A DNA stretch of 47,266 nucleotides. It comes from Octopus bimaculoides. Taxonomy: Eukaryota. Position numbers and translations under genes: made by a program. The DNA is taken from contig NC_068983.1 in the NCBI RefSeq assembly GCF_001194135.2, forward strand, positions 26,861,546 through 26,908,811, given 5' to 3'. The notes beneath the pieces are model-generated. The model was not told the origin of the DNA and ran no database searches. It saw nothing but the letters and a program-made list of their open reading frames with translations. Positions 22,766 to 34,611 of this stretch are shown piece after piece; the stretch's first letter is position 1; each line of letters starts with the position of its first letter.

Positions 22766-23469
22766 AAATACACTACAGAATATACAATTTAGACATCTCA
22801 TTTCTTTTAAGGCGCAGGTATATAATATTTTGCTCATAAACGTGAGTCTCATATTTCCCTTTTAATTATAGGATTAGGTGATTCATGTATGTAATTATGT
22901 TGGTGCAATGAAGGAAGAGGCTACATTTGTGCATGCACGCAATAGCTGTACCTGCAGATCAGACTATTGTTATGCGGAATTTTCTGAATCTCTTATTTAT
23001 ATATATACATAAATACATACATATATATATTCTATATATGTAAATATGTAGATTGATATATACGTATATATATATATATNNNNNNNNNNNNNNNNNNNNN
23101 NNNNNNNNNNNNNNNNNNNNNNNNNNNNNNNNNNNNNNNNNNNNNNNNNNNNNNNNNNNNNNNNNNNNNNNNNNNNNNNNNNNNNNNNNNNNNNNNNNNN
23201 NNNNNNNNNNNNNNNNNNNNNNNNNNNNNNNNNNNNNNNNNNNNNNNNNNNNNNNNNNNNNNNNNNNNNNNNNNNNNNNNNNNNNNNNNNNNNNNNNNNN
23301 NNNNNNNNNNNNNNNNNNNNNNNNNNNNNNNNTGTGTGTGTGTGTGTGTGTGTGTGTGTGTTCCGTAGACTCACATGGAATGCATATCACTGTGATAAGA
23401 AAATCGGATAAGACTCGGATAAGACTGGGAACTTGTACAGTCTGAATATAAATTACTACCATGAATTTC

Positions 23470-23760
23470 AAATAGAAGAAATTACAAAATGTTATAAAGT
23501 CTCTAATAAAGTATGTTCAGAATTACTAACTTAATCTCTAAACAAATTATGGACAATTACAAATTAGATGATAAAACTGAACCTTTCGTTCCTAAAAGAC
23601 CAATAATAATTATTTTAAATGATCGTAAGGGAAAGTTTTATTGTAACACTAAAATCAGATTGATTTGCCCAGGAAAATCTGACCTGGGTAAACTTAGTAA
23701 AGCTATTTTAGATAAATACATACCGGTTCTTAAAGAAAATTTGAACGAAAAAACATTATC
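23470..23760 (+). mobile_element. Penelope-like element (Naiad-type) reverse transcriptase N-terminal fragment
   Basis: KLDDKTEPF…ILNDRKGKFYCNTKIRLICPGKSDLGKLSKAILDKY matches the LKDHK.NF…RLINP.KS.LGK.SK.ILDK pattern of Penelope-like RTs. Confidence 0.8.
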
Positions 23761-24103
23761 TGTTTTCTATAATAATTATTACCGTAGTAAATGCAGCAAT
23801 GGTAATGCTCTTAGAATAAATGATAGTACGAAATGTGTAGTTTAGCCGTCTAGTGTACAAGTGAAAACAACCCAAATTAAATTTCTTCTCAACCTTCTGA
23901 GTGTAGGTAATATAGCAATCATACTGAAGGTAAATATATAAAACAGAATAATAATACGCGTAGTAAGGAAAATATACTTTGTGATTGCAAGGTTAGAAGT
24001 AAATGTTTGTTTAAAATTGTTTTTTTTTTAAATGTTGGTTACAGATGTAAAGAAAAATCTGAATGTAAGAAATTATTTTACATAGAGGCAACATTCAGCA
24101 TTT

Positions 24104-24117
24104 CAGAGAGAGAGAAG

Positions 24118-24172
<55 letters not shown>

Positions 24173-24199
24173 TGTGTGTAATTGAGAGATAGAGAGAGA
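24104..24199. repeat. (GA)n microsatellite
   Basis: Direct reading. Confidence 0.95.
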
Positions 24200-25232
24200 G
24201 ACAACCAAAGCTTATCAAAAGTCGAATATCTAACCATATTTGCACCTTTAATGATAGGAGCAAAACTTCTACTACAAGCCTAATTAAATTTATTTGAGAC
24301 CTGAACGATAAGAAAACTGGGTTTTGTTCTTTTTTTTTTGTGGAGTGGGATACAATAATCAACGCTACTACTTATAAGATTGGAAATTCTTTGTTTTTTC
24401 TGTCTTGAAGATTTGTACCAAATCCTTTTTTCCAGGGGGTGCCTCTTTAATGCGAGGATCGAGACTGGTTTTTCATGTGTTCACGCATGTAAATGGTTCC
24501 TCAAAAACTACCATTAGATAATATTTTTATCATAAATAAATCAATTATATATTAAGGTTGCTAGTACTTCGAATCGGTCGTTATTTCATGTTTAGTACAT
24601 CTATAACTGTAAAGAATTTTTTAAATTCTAATAGCATATAAATATTAAATATTATATAAAATAGCAATATTAAAATATTAATATATCATCTAATATCCGA
24701 CGTATGTAAAGGATTTTTCATGTATTCACGATTGTTTATGGACATTGAAGAAACTACCATCAGCTAAAATATTATTATTCTAAATAATTGATTACACGTT
24801 AAAACTACTTGAAATTTGTATCTGTTGATACTTCACGTATTATTACACTAACATCTGTACATATAAGCATTAAATAATACTTAGTAGATAAAATATTGAT
24901 ATAGAAATATTAAATGGTAAAGATGTAATTCAAGATTTCTGCACAGGTGACAACGTCATTATGGTATGTTATAAAATCAATTAAGCATGTTTATTATGAA
25001 CAGGTTGTTGACGTTTTATAATATAATTTAATAAACTAAATTAGAGGTAAACGTATTGATTTATAGTGATTGTAGCTTTAGTAATTATAATTTCTTTTCT
25101 GAAAAATTTTTTGTATCAGTTGTATTTCCTTTGTGAACATAGCTGTAATGACTATTGCACACAAATATGGATGAGAGGTACTGTGATATGATAAATAATT
25201 AGCAGGTTTTTATACGTGATATCTTTTTCTTG

Positions 25233-25448
<216 letters not shown>

Positions 25449-25669
25449 CTGTAACTTGTGATTAAGTTCAAATAGTATTTAAAATGACCAATTTTGATAC
25501 TATTGAAACTTATTCACAAGTTACATAAATCTTATATGTATACCATTCTGCCTAAATAATGGAACTGGAGAAACAATATCCGTGAATATCTTACGTCCAT
25601 TTTCATACTTCCACTTCACTCTCTATTTCACATCGTATCTAGAATAACTATTGCTTATTTTCTCACACC

Positions 25670-25717
25670 GTCTCCGATGAAGGGATATATAAAATGTCCC
25701 AGAAACAGCTATAAGAC
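25670..25717 (+). ncRNA. Minimal type I hammerhead-like motif with a palindromic stem III loop
   Basis: GTCT-CCGATGA-A-GGGA(tatataaaatg)TCCC-A-GAAAC-AGCT-ATA-AGAC: 4-bp stem I, 4-bp stem II and an AGCT loop. U4>C and a C/A mismatch in stem III. Confidence 0.5.
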
Positions 25718-26962
25718 CTATTTATAAATGTTCTGAAATCTTTCACAGCCTTGGATTTTTATCTCATTCTATCTATATATATATATATGCGTATGTTTGG
25801 ATTGTAAAAATGTGTTTCTGCAGGGGCCCCGGAAAGTAAAATAAGTCAATGAATATATATTCTATTAACCGCAATGCTATATATAATTTTATGATATATT
25901 TGTTCCTCTAGAAAGAAATACAAATTATTCAAAATTCCTCGAACATTCCTCTTATCAACAGTCACGCAGCCAGTTACCAGATTCAATGTACATAACATAA
26001 TTGAGCAGTTCATTTTACTCTGCTGCTATTATCAGATGCAATTCTATTAGTTATTGCATTGTTTGAAAATATTCCTACGCATAATATTTCGACCTGTAAT
26101 TCGCAGTTCAATGATTTGATAGTAATCCAAAAGATTGATCGCTTTTATTTCCGTTATTTCAGGAAGCAGTTGATATCAGACAACACAGTGTAGGACATCC
26201 CCGACGAATATACATAGCCAGCACAGAAAATATATTTGATAGAATTTTACAACAGCCGAACTATATCGCTGACTGTCAAAACAAGACAGCCGTGATATGA
26301 TTCAAATTGGCATTTCGTATCAAAGAGTAAGCATAGAATGTCTGAAATTATTTGACATGTCAATATGCGTTAAAGTACATTATATTTGGTAGACTTCGCA
26401 TAATACTACATTTTTCCCATTTTGTCCTTGTCAATACAATGCATTTGTAGTTAAATGATCCATTGCAGTGGATAGATAAATGTATAAGACGTCTTTATGT
26501 CGTCTCAGAAATGTGTGACCCGAAGAGTGATAATTTTCAAAATGTCTTTACTAATAGTAGCTCTGTTAGTGCATCGTATAGATAAAATTGGAAACTTCAT
26601 TTTACGATTCCAAAGTTCTAAATGTATTACTTATAATGCTCTCTACATAATATTCTATGTCAGTACTACAATTGGAAAATAAATTTACTGAATGTGTCCT
26701 ACAGCAGCTTATATAATTTTCAGTGTTGAAAGAATCGGACCGTCAACTAGTTCTGTTAGTATGTATTAGTAAGTCTACTGTTGTTTTACAGCAGCTCAGC
26801 AATTCACTTGTGACAAAATATTTCTTTGCTCAGAGCGACGAGCTAGAGATTGATGCCTTCAACGACAATCTAGATGATTGTTTAAAAAGTAGAAGAAAAG
26901 AATTTCTATTTTGCAATATCCTTTTGATCAAATTTGTTCAACTATTTCTGAATATCATCCAG

Positions 26963-27105
26963 GTACCTTCCTGTTGCGAAATTACAAAACTGTAAGAACA
27001 ACGAGCAAAAGTGCATCCCTCTCCGTCCGTTGTTTGAATCCAACAGAGAAAGAGTTTACCTTTCATCTTTCCGAGGCTGATACCATAGATACCAGTCATA
27101 GACAG
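26963..27105 (+). CDS. Candidate internal coding exon (143 nt) with SH2-like motifs
   Basis: Acceptor …TATTTCTGAATATCATCCAG| and consensus donor CAG|GTAAGT. Open frame (G)TFLLRNYKTVRTTSKSASLSVRCLNPTEKEFTFHLSEADTIDTSHRQ. No expression or homology evidence available. Confidence 0.3.
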
Positions 27106-27624
27106 GTAAGTATTATAGCTTGTTGCTATGTTAATAATCAATGCTACTGCCCAATGCTTTCAACATTTTCATCACTCATAAAAATACAAGTACTGAGAAC
27201 AGTTAATTATAAATATATGAAAGCATATTGTTTGGAAAACAAAACTTCTGCGGAATGAACATTATTTTAAACCCAGGTTCATGTGGATCAGAAACATCTA
27301 CATATATGTGTATAAATTGGAGAGAAATTAAATATGAAGTAGGCATCAGAAAGAAAGATAAAAAGATGTGAATGTTGTAATCACAAGGAAATTCAATGAC
27401 TGTGCTTATTTTAGCTTTTCGGATGCTCGAGGGAACTTATCAAAGCTGACGTCAACGTGTATAACTTCTACTAAGGCATGATACTATGCAGCACTTTTCT
27501 TTGGTGTCAGAAAAATATGCATTATGAACAGTCACATATTTTACTTTTAATTACATTTTCAAATAAAACCCACCACGGCAAGTTTTTCACATGGTACTGA
27601 CAACGGATGCTGCTACTGCTTCCG

Positions 27625-27625
<1 letters not shown>

Positions 27626-27688
<63 letters not shown>

Positions 27689-27731
27689 CTGTTAATAGTA
27701 GTAGTAGTAGTAGTAGTAGTAGTTGTTGTTA

Positions 27732-27774
<43 letters not shown>

Positions 27775-27790
27775 TAATAATAATAATAAT
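27626..27790. repeat. Compound (CTA)n/(TAG)n inverted microsatellite plus (AAT)n
   Basis: Direct reading. Confidence 0.95.
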
Positions 27791-29410
27791 AAGCCCTTCT
27801 TTATTAAACACAAGGGCCGACAACAATAAGATTGGACATTAGAAAACATGAAGGACTGAATGGGATTACATAAACTGTCGTGTAAAAAGTCCTAAAGGAG
27901 GCAAGCAACACTGGGCTACTCATGGAGACCCCACGAAATATCTACCAGCAACACTACCACCAGGGCAACAGCCCTCTCCTCATGTTTCTCTCTCTCTCTC
28001 TCAGCCTTGGAAACTCAAAAGCGCATGCTCAAAGTAGACCGTCTTCGCCACACTCACCCACCTTTTAACAAAATTGCTGGAATGGGAGCACTTCTCTCTC
28101 AACTCTCACTTTCTTTTTCAGATCGTATCAGAAAACGTTCATGAGGGGTAGGCCAAAGAGAAAAGTATTTGTCTTCAGCCGTTTCAGTCTAGATCACCAC
28201 ACAACCTCTCTCGCTATAGCCACGAGACAGAGGAAAATTGCCTTCCCTTGCCAGCGAAAGGAAGACAGCGGGGCAATCTTCAAGATGGAATCAGGTGGCA
28301 AGCGGACACGTCCTACATATGACAGCAGGTGTTCCATATAAACCCATATATTAGATATATTCGGCCAGTGGATGAGTGCGAGCAGAACAGTTTCGTCGCT
28401 CTGCGCACATTTCGGGCAAGTCCGACTGACGGCTCGTCCGTGGCTGTAGAATTTATCACGAACAGGAAAATCCCTCCTGCAGCACTACCAGTCCAGGGTC
28501 TTTTGGAAGTCATCCATAGAACCGGCTCTAAAATCCTCCGGAACAGACTGGCGAATTGAAATTCATCGACGACTAGAGTCTCCCCAAAAACGTCGTCGAT
28601 ACATTTCACCACTTACACTCTATACAACACCATAGTAGAACTTCCACTAACCACATTGAGTGACTGGCTGAGGAGTGTGTGCTATTAGCAATACTGAAAG
28701 TGCCAGACGCCCAGCGTCGGTCAACGCTTAATCCAAGTTTGCAGCTCTCTCAAAGAGACAAGCTTGCGGGAAAGCGATTCTGACAAACGGTGGCCACACC
28801 CGCTCACCGTGGTCAAGGAAACGCTGGATATGCCGCAACCTCAGCGTATATCTGCGCATCAATAGCCACGGCATATCTAGCCCACCGTTCATAGGGTTTT
28901 GACAACAAATAAAGAGCCTGACCAGCAGAATCTGTCCCTTCCATAAGAGGCAGAAAGGTACCAACTGGGGCAAGGCATAAGGGTAAGGCGGTACAAAATG
29001 ACTGATGCGACGTATGTGTTCGCCACTTCTACCCGATCTTTCAAGGATAGCTTCCTCTCGGCCTATTTCTGGCTCAGACTGACTACGCTGCTGGACACCT
29101 CGCTCTAGTTCTTCTGCAGTTGGAGGTCCGATCCGAAACAGACACCGAGCAGTTTTACATGCTAGACAGTCCAACGTCCTACAACGTTTTCGGTCGAAAT
29201 AAATCTGCCTCTCCAGGTGCCGAGCTGCAAGCCCACCGATTTTCCCAGATTAATCTTAACTCTTGTTACTTATTCTTTCTCATGAGTGCTGACCAGATCT
29301 ACATACTTGTCGTCCGAAACTATAACGACATCTTCTGCGTATGCCAACAAAAACTTACAGCTCACGAACACACGTCCTCTCTCTTTGAAATCCAAGTGCA
29401 GAACTCAGAC
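27791..29410 (-). mobile_element. 5'-truncated, decayed L1/Tx1-like LINE (RT C-terminus, zf-RVT region, 3' UTR)
   Basis: Minus translation: AYAEDVVIVS (YADD-like, ~29328-29345), KINLGKSVGLQLG, VKLLGV, KLSLKGR, GGLDMPWL..RR..LRL, SRTCPKCAQSDETV and AIFLCLVAIAREVVW. AATAAA lies near the 3' end, followed by a (TTA)n tract. Confidence 0.88.
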
Positions 29411-29601
29411 GTGATAGTGATCTCTTTATTAATCACCATGGTGTACATGAAGAAAAAGATCATGGACATTACAGGAAAATGCAAAAATAATGTGTGTTTA
29501 GTTCTGAGGGTTTTGCTTGTAAACAAGATTAATATAATTAAAAAAAACACACACAAAAGATAAATCAGCAATGTGCAATCCTCAATAGTGAGGAGACGTT
29601 C

Positions 29602-29818
29602 GAAGAAAAAGAAGAGAAAAGAAGAAGAAAAGAAAGAAGGAGAATAAGAAGACGAGAAGAGATGAAGAAAAGAGAGAAAAAAGAAGAAGAAGAAGAAGAA
29701 GAAGAAGAAGAAGAAGAAGAAGAAGAAGAAGAAGAAGAAGAAGAAGAAGAAGAAGAAGAAGAAGAAGAAGAAGAAGAAGAAGAAGAAGAAGAAGAAGGAG
29801 AAGAAGAAGAAGAAAAAG
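29602..29818. repeat. (AAG)n purine tract
   Basis: Direct reading; source of the poly-L ORF. Confidence 0.95.
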
Positions 29819-30746
29819 ATATACTAGAATAGTTTCATGTCGACATTGGTAGGTCACCCGAATTATTGAGTGAGGGAGAGTAATTCTGTTTTTTTTTTTT
29901 TTGTTAACAGCTGGACAGACGGTTACCTGTTATAAGATAGGATATACTTCAAGAATATAATTTGATAAGCGTAGATTTGATACCGAAATTGACGTCAGTG
30001 ATATAATGTCAGCAGCATCCAGATATTGCTGAAGATGCAATTTCACATAAGATTGCTACCTACATTTCTATTTTTAAAGCTAGTTAATAATTATACGGAT
30101 AATGTTGATAATAATGACGAAGGAAACGTGGATGGATGTTCGACATCATCAGTGCGTTGTTGGTGTTGATAAGGATATTCAATTAATATATTTGCTTTTT
30201 TTTTCTGCTTTTACTTTTGCTCTGATAGTGTAAGGCGTGTCGAATGTGTTTTATCGATTTATTTTTTTCGCGAAAGGATCATGAGATATTGAAAATGCCA
30301 AATGGTATAATTGTTTGATTTAATAATGGCACGAAACACTGCAGTTAAATACTTAAAAAATAGTCGACATGGAAATGATGTAACAACACACGAATCATAT
30401 TTCTGTATATTTTGTTGTTGTTGTTCTTATTGGTGTTGTTGTTGTTTTCTAAATTACTGTAGCATTTTTTTTAAATATTTCGATTCGTTTGTGTCTTAAT
30501 GCATGATAAACAAAGTTTCTACATGTAAAGATTATTTAAGATGGGAACAAAATGTTGTATATGAATAGTGGCAATGTCTAGTAAAGGTTACGTTTAAAAG
30601 CGGCATGGCATGTGCGTACTTAATAGGTCATGTTACAGGTTAACCTTCAGAAAAATATTCAGAGATGGTTTTAATATTTAATATATCTTCATTAAAAAAA
30701 CAAGATTTTGTGTGCAAATACTTAGACTCAGTTTCTAGATTTCGAA

Positions 30747-32179
30747 CACCGTATATAACGACGTATAGCACGGAATTTTGAGCTTTATAACATTGACCTC
30801 AAAACTATGGATCGTCTTATATACCCCGTATGAAATCTGAACCTTAACTTCCTGTGGTTTAGAGCAACACCAATATGAATGGAGAACAGTGTAAAGCACT
30901 CACATAAGTCCTATGATATTTCAGCGCAGTATTTCCTATTCATACTTGCACATATCGATGGTGAACACCGCAAAACACTCACATAGACCCTACGGTACCA
31001 CAACTCAGTATTTTCCACCGACAGCTACACGGACATTTGGGAAGCTGGATTAAGAGTAAGGATATATTGAAATAACAGCACAACAATCATACTAATTGCT
31101 ATTTATAACAGCAGACGTACAGAAAACGTAAACAATTAGACTGATCAGCCGGCTCTCAGGGTCCGCTCTATTTACACTGCCTCGTAAGAGAGCTCTCTCA
31201 TACAGCGCTTAGCTAACCGAGGGCTTTCAGGACAAGTGTAATATAAGGGTAGCTAACCTACCTCTTACGGCAGATTAGCAGCATGTGTCGGTACATTCTG
31301 TAACTGGCCATTTCATGTTAGTCGGACCAGTCAAACTAAACCTTACAGTTACCGGTTACTTTCAAACATTTACAGACAGGGTTTCTTGAAAAGGCTCCTG
31401 GGTGGGTAAACATTAACTTCCAGCAACTTCTAAAGCCCCGTCATGGCTCCATGTTATAAACGAAGAAAATGTGAAGTTGGATTGAAGCTGAAACTGGATG
31501 CATACGACAAGTCACACAAAAGCTGTGCAGCTGCAAGAGAATACGTTGCAACCAAGAGGATTGTCAGAGTTTGGAGACTGACGGAATATTTATCAAGGTC
31601 AAAATATGAATTGAGAGGAGGCACTGCCCGTGGGCCAATGCTAGAGGGGCATGTAGCAGACATCATTCGTGAGCAACGTCAAAATGGATATGCTGTTTCA
31701 AAACCAATAGTCTCTTGTTGCAAGACAACATTTATAAATTAAAGAAAACAATACCAGTGTACTTTATAACATTTCTAATATATTACCGTAAGTAAACCTG
31801 TAAATCCATTTCAGGTAAATGGTGTAACTATGGTAAGGTTGACATCATGTTAGTTCCTGTAAAGTAACCGATGCCTAAGTGACGCCACTGCGGTCGGGAT
31901 TACACCAGCTAGGTGCATTGATGTGCCTTATAGTAAGTAGATAATTTACAATATTTGGACACTTTTTGTAAAGAACTGGAAATAATTTTAAACAACCAAT
32001 ACTGCAGAATTTTTGTAGTTTCAGTAGCATTTTTTAGCTATGAACATTATGCCTTCGGTGCTGGAGCTATTTTTCGCGAAAACATGGTGTAGACTTATAC
32101 AGCAAGTATAGTTCAAAACGCACTTAGTCTAAGTAATAAACTTTCTTATTAAAAACTTTATCCACGACAGTATACCGTA
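30747..32179 (+). mobile_element. Internally deleted pogo-family (Tc1/mariner superfamily) DNA transposon
   Basis: Left end CACCGTATATAACGACGTATAG…GTCTTATATACC. Right end GTAGACTTATACAGCAAGTATAG…TTATCCACGACAGTATACCGTA. Both resemble TACCGTATATAC-type TIRs with subterminal repeats. Contains the transposase N-terminus but no DDE domain. Confidence 0.65.
31443..31742 (+). pseudogene. Pogo-like transposase N-terminal DNA-binding region (Brinker-type HTH plus start of a CENP-B-type HTH), truncated
   Basis: MAPCYKRRKCEVGLKLKLDAY…SCAAAREY…RVWR…PMLEGHVADIIREQRQNGYAVS matches the F/LKL…AAAREF…VR.WR and LE..V..WI.EQRQ.GY.V patterns. Confidence 0.75.
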
Positions 32180-32382
32180 ACAATGATAACACTTCAGTCT
32201 TTCAATCATCGAGTACAGAAGCCTCAAATTACTAGCTTAAAATGATGTATGAATAGTCATGTTTCACTGATATCACATCCTCCTTTTTTTAAAAATAGGA
32301 GCACTGTACATTATTTGTTTTCGTCAGCGATCTAATCAAGATTCAGAAAAGAAAAGAACGAAGGAAAAGAAGAGAACGAAGA

Positions 32383-32502
32383 ATGCGATGATGACGATGA
32401 TGATAAACATGTTAATGAGGAGGAGGAAGTAGAGAAGTAGGGAGTTGATGATGATAACTATGACGACGACGATGACGATGATGATGACGACGACGATGAG
32501 AA

Positions 32503-32539
<37 letters not shown>
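32383..32539. repeat. (GAT)n/(GAC)n trinucleotide tract
   Basis: Direct reading. Confidence 0.9.
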
Positions 32540-33016
32540 GTATATATTCACAGCTACTACTAACACCCCATATATAATGCTGCAAGAAATCACTCCATAA
32601 TGTTTTTTCATGAAAATATTTCCCTTTCAAGAAGTTGGTATAATATAGCTAAATGGATTAAAAGCAAATGTACTCCTGTGAACGCGGACAAAGACATGAA
32701 TAGCATTGTACTATTGGATCGCGTTTGTTCAGCACATTTAGCATGAAACTGCTTCATCAGGAAATACTGGTTTTCTTCACAAGGAGAATACTTAACGCAA
32801 ACTGTCCCGGAGCGATTCTTGCATAATGAAATATAACGTTGCTCCTACTAACATAATCCATGCTATCTCTTAAGCACAATAATTTATAGCGTTTTCAGTA
32901 ATTCTTAAATTGTTGACATTATATCATATCATCTTTACGATCTGCCAAAGAATGCTATAAATTTTCTTTTCACTCCAAGTGTGGACGCGAAATTTCAATA
33001 TATTAATAATCTTTCA

Positions 33017-33074
<58 letters not shown>

Positions 33075-33138
33075 NNNNNNNNNNNNNNNNNNNNNNNNNN
33101 NNNNNNNNNNNNNNNNNNNNNNNNNNNNNNNNNNNNNN

Positions 33139-33196
<58 letters not shown>

Positions 33197-33201
<5 letters not shown>

Positions 33202-33433
33202 GTGTCTGGGGAGAGCCATTTTCTTTTAGTGCCTTATTACTTAGAATACACACCGACTCGATTTCTGCTCATTTAATTAATTATTTTGTCCAAAATTACC
33301 GTTGCATCTTGCAACATTTTCAATAGTCAGTCGTTGACTAGAAAAATAAATAATTAAATGAATGGAAATCGAAACGGTGTGTGTGATAAGTAATATGCCA
33401 CTAAAAGAGAATGTCTCTCCACAGACAAAATAA
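33197..33433. repeat. Imperfect inverted repeat with ~95-bp arms and a ~47-bp spacer
   Basis: TGTCTGGGGAGAGCCATTTTCTTTTAGTGCCTTATTACTTAGAATACACACCGACTCGATTTC… vs the reverse complement of the right arm TGTCTGTGGAGAGACATTCTCTTTTAGTGGCATATTACTTATCACACACACCGTTTCGATTTC…. Confidence 0.85.
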
Positions 33434-34536
33434 AATATGCTTTCAACACTCGAATTAACGTAAAGAATGTTGCAAACCAAATACAAAAACGAAATATATA
33501 TATATAACATATTATTTTGCGTTAGGTTTATCCCTGCTTCAACCACAATGAATTCTTCAGATCTGTAAGTCTATGACAGTCGATGTTCTAGTTCACAGCT
33601 CTGTTTCAAGATACTCTCATACGCCTTGTTACTGATTAATGTGTTTTTAACTAAACACTCTCAAAGTTAGACAACTAGAGTTCTTTAAGTAGCATGTGAT
33701 AACTTGTTTGTATGGCATTGACATACAATCTTTTGGGGAAAAAAAGATTAATTTTAGTTTCTTACAGTGAAATATGTCGGTCATAAAAGACCCCTTCCAA
33801 TGTTTAACGATGTTTAGAGGAAAACTATTTAAAAACATTATCTCTCACGTTTGAGGCAATCGAAATACCTCCAATATTAGAACGCTTGCTCTGCAAAGTT
33901 TGATGGTTCCTTGAAACCCTCAGTTTCTGAAATTTCAGCTTTGTTACACCTGAATGCAAAATTTGGCACTATGTTCTTACGTGTGACCATATTTATTTGA
34001 ATCAGAAATCTTTACCTTTCCTGACCGTCTTGGTTTTATTACACTTGGAAGTAATTCGCTTCTTTCCTGCAATATTTCGTTCATATTCAGTGTCTTTCAG
34101 TACTATCCTTTAACGATATAACGACTTAACGATAGAATTTCCTAACAGTCAGTTGTACACCGATGTTGAATTATTTCAATAATCCTATCGTTTCCCTCTC
34201 AGAATCTACCGTTAGTCTCCCGCGTTTCTGTACTACACAACTGTGCCATTTTTAATTCGCATTTTGAAAATATTATTTAGTATTTGAGAATTAACACCGA
34301 AAAACGAGTTACTGCTTTCGAACATATATAAACCTGCAACGAACAGAGAACACATACACACATCTTGTTGTAAGGAATATATCAGGAGAAAATTAATAAA
34401 ATTAAAATATTGAAAGTGTGGATGTAGGATGAGAAGGTGGGGGTAGATAAAATGAGGTGGGAATAAAGAAAATCGATACGTATAACAATGAGAAGGAGAA
34501 AGGAAAGGGGGACGTAAACGAGCAGAAGATGAAAGT

Positions 34537-34611
34537 GAAGAAGAAGAAGAAGAAGAAGAAGAAGAAGAAGAAGAAGAAGAAGAAGAAGAAGAAGAAGAAG
34601 AAGAAGAAGAA
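34537..34611. repeat. (AAG)n microsatellite
   Basis: Direct reading; source of the poly-K/F/S/L ORFs. Confidence 0.95.
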
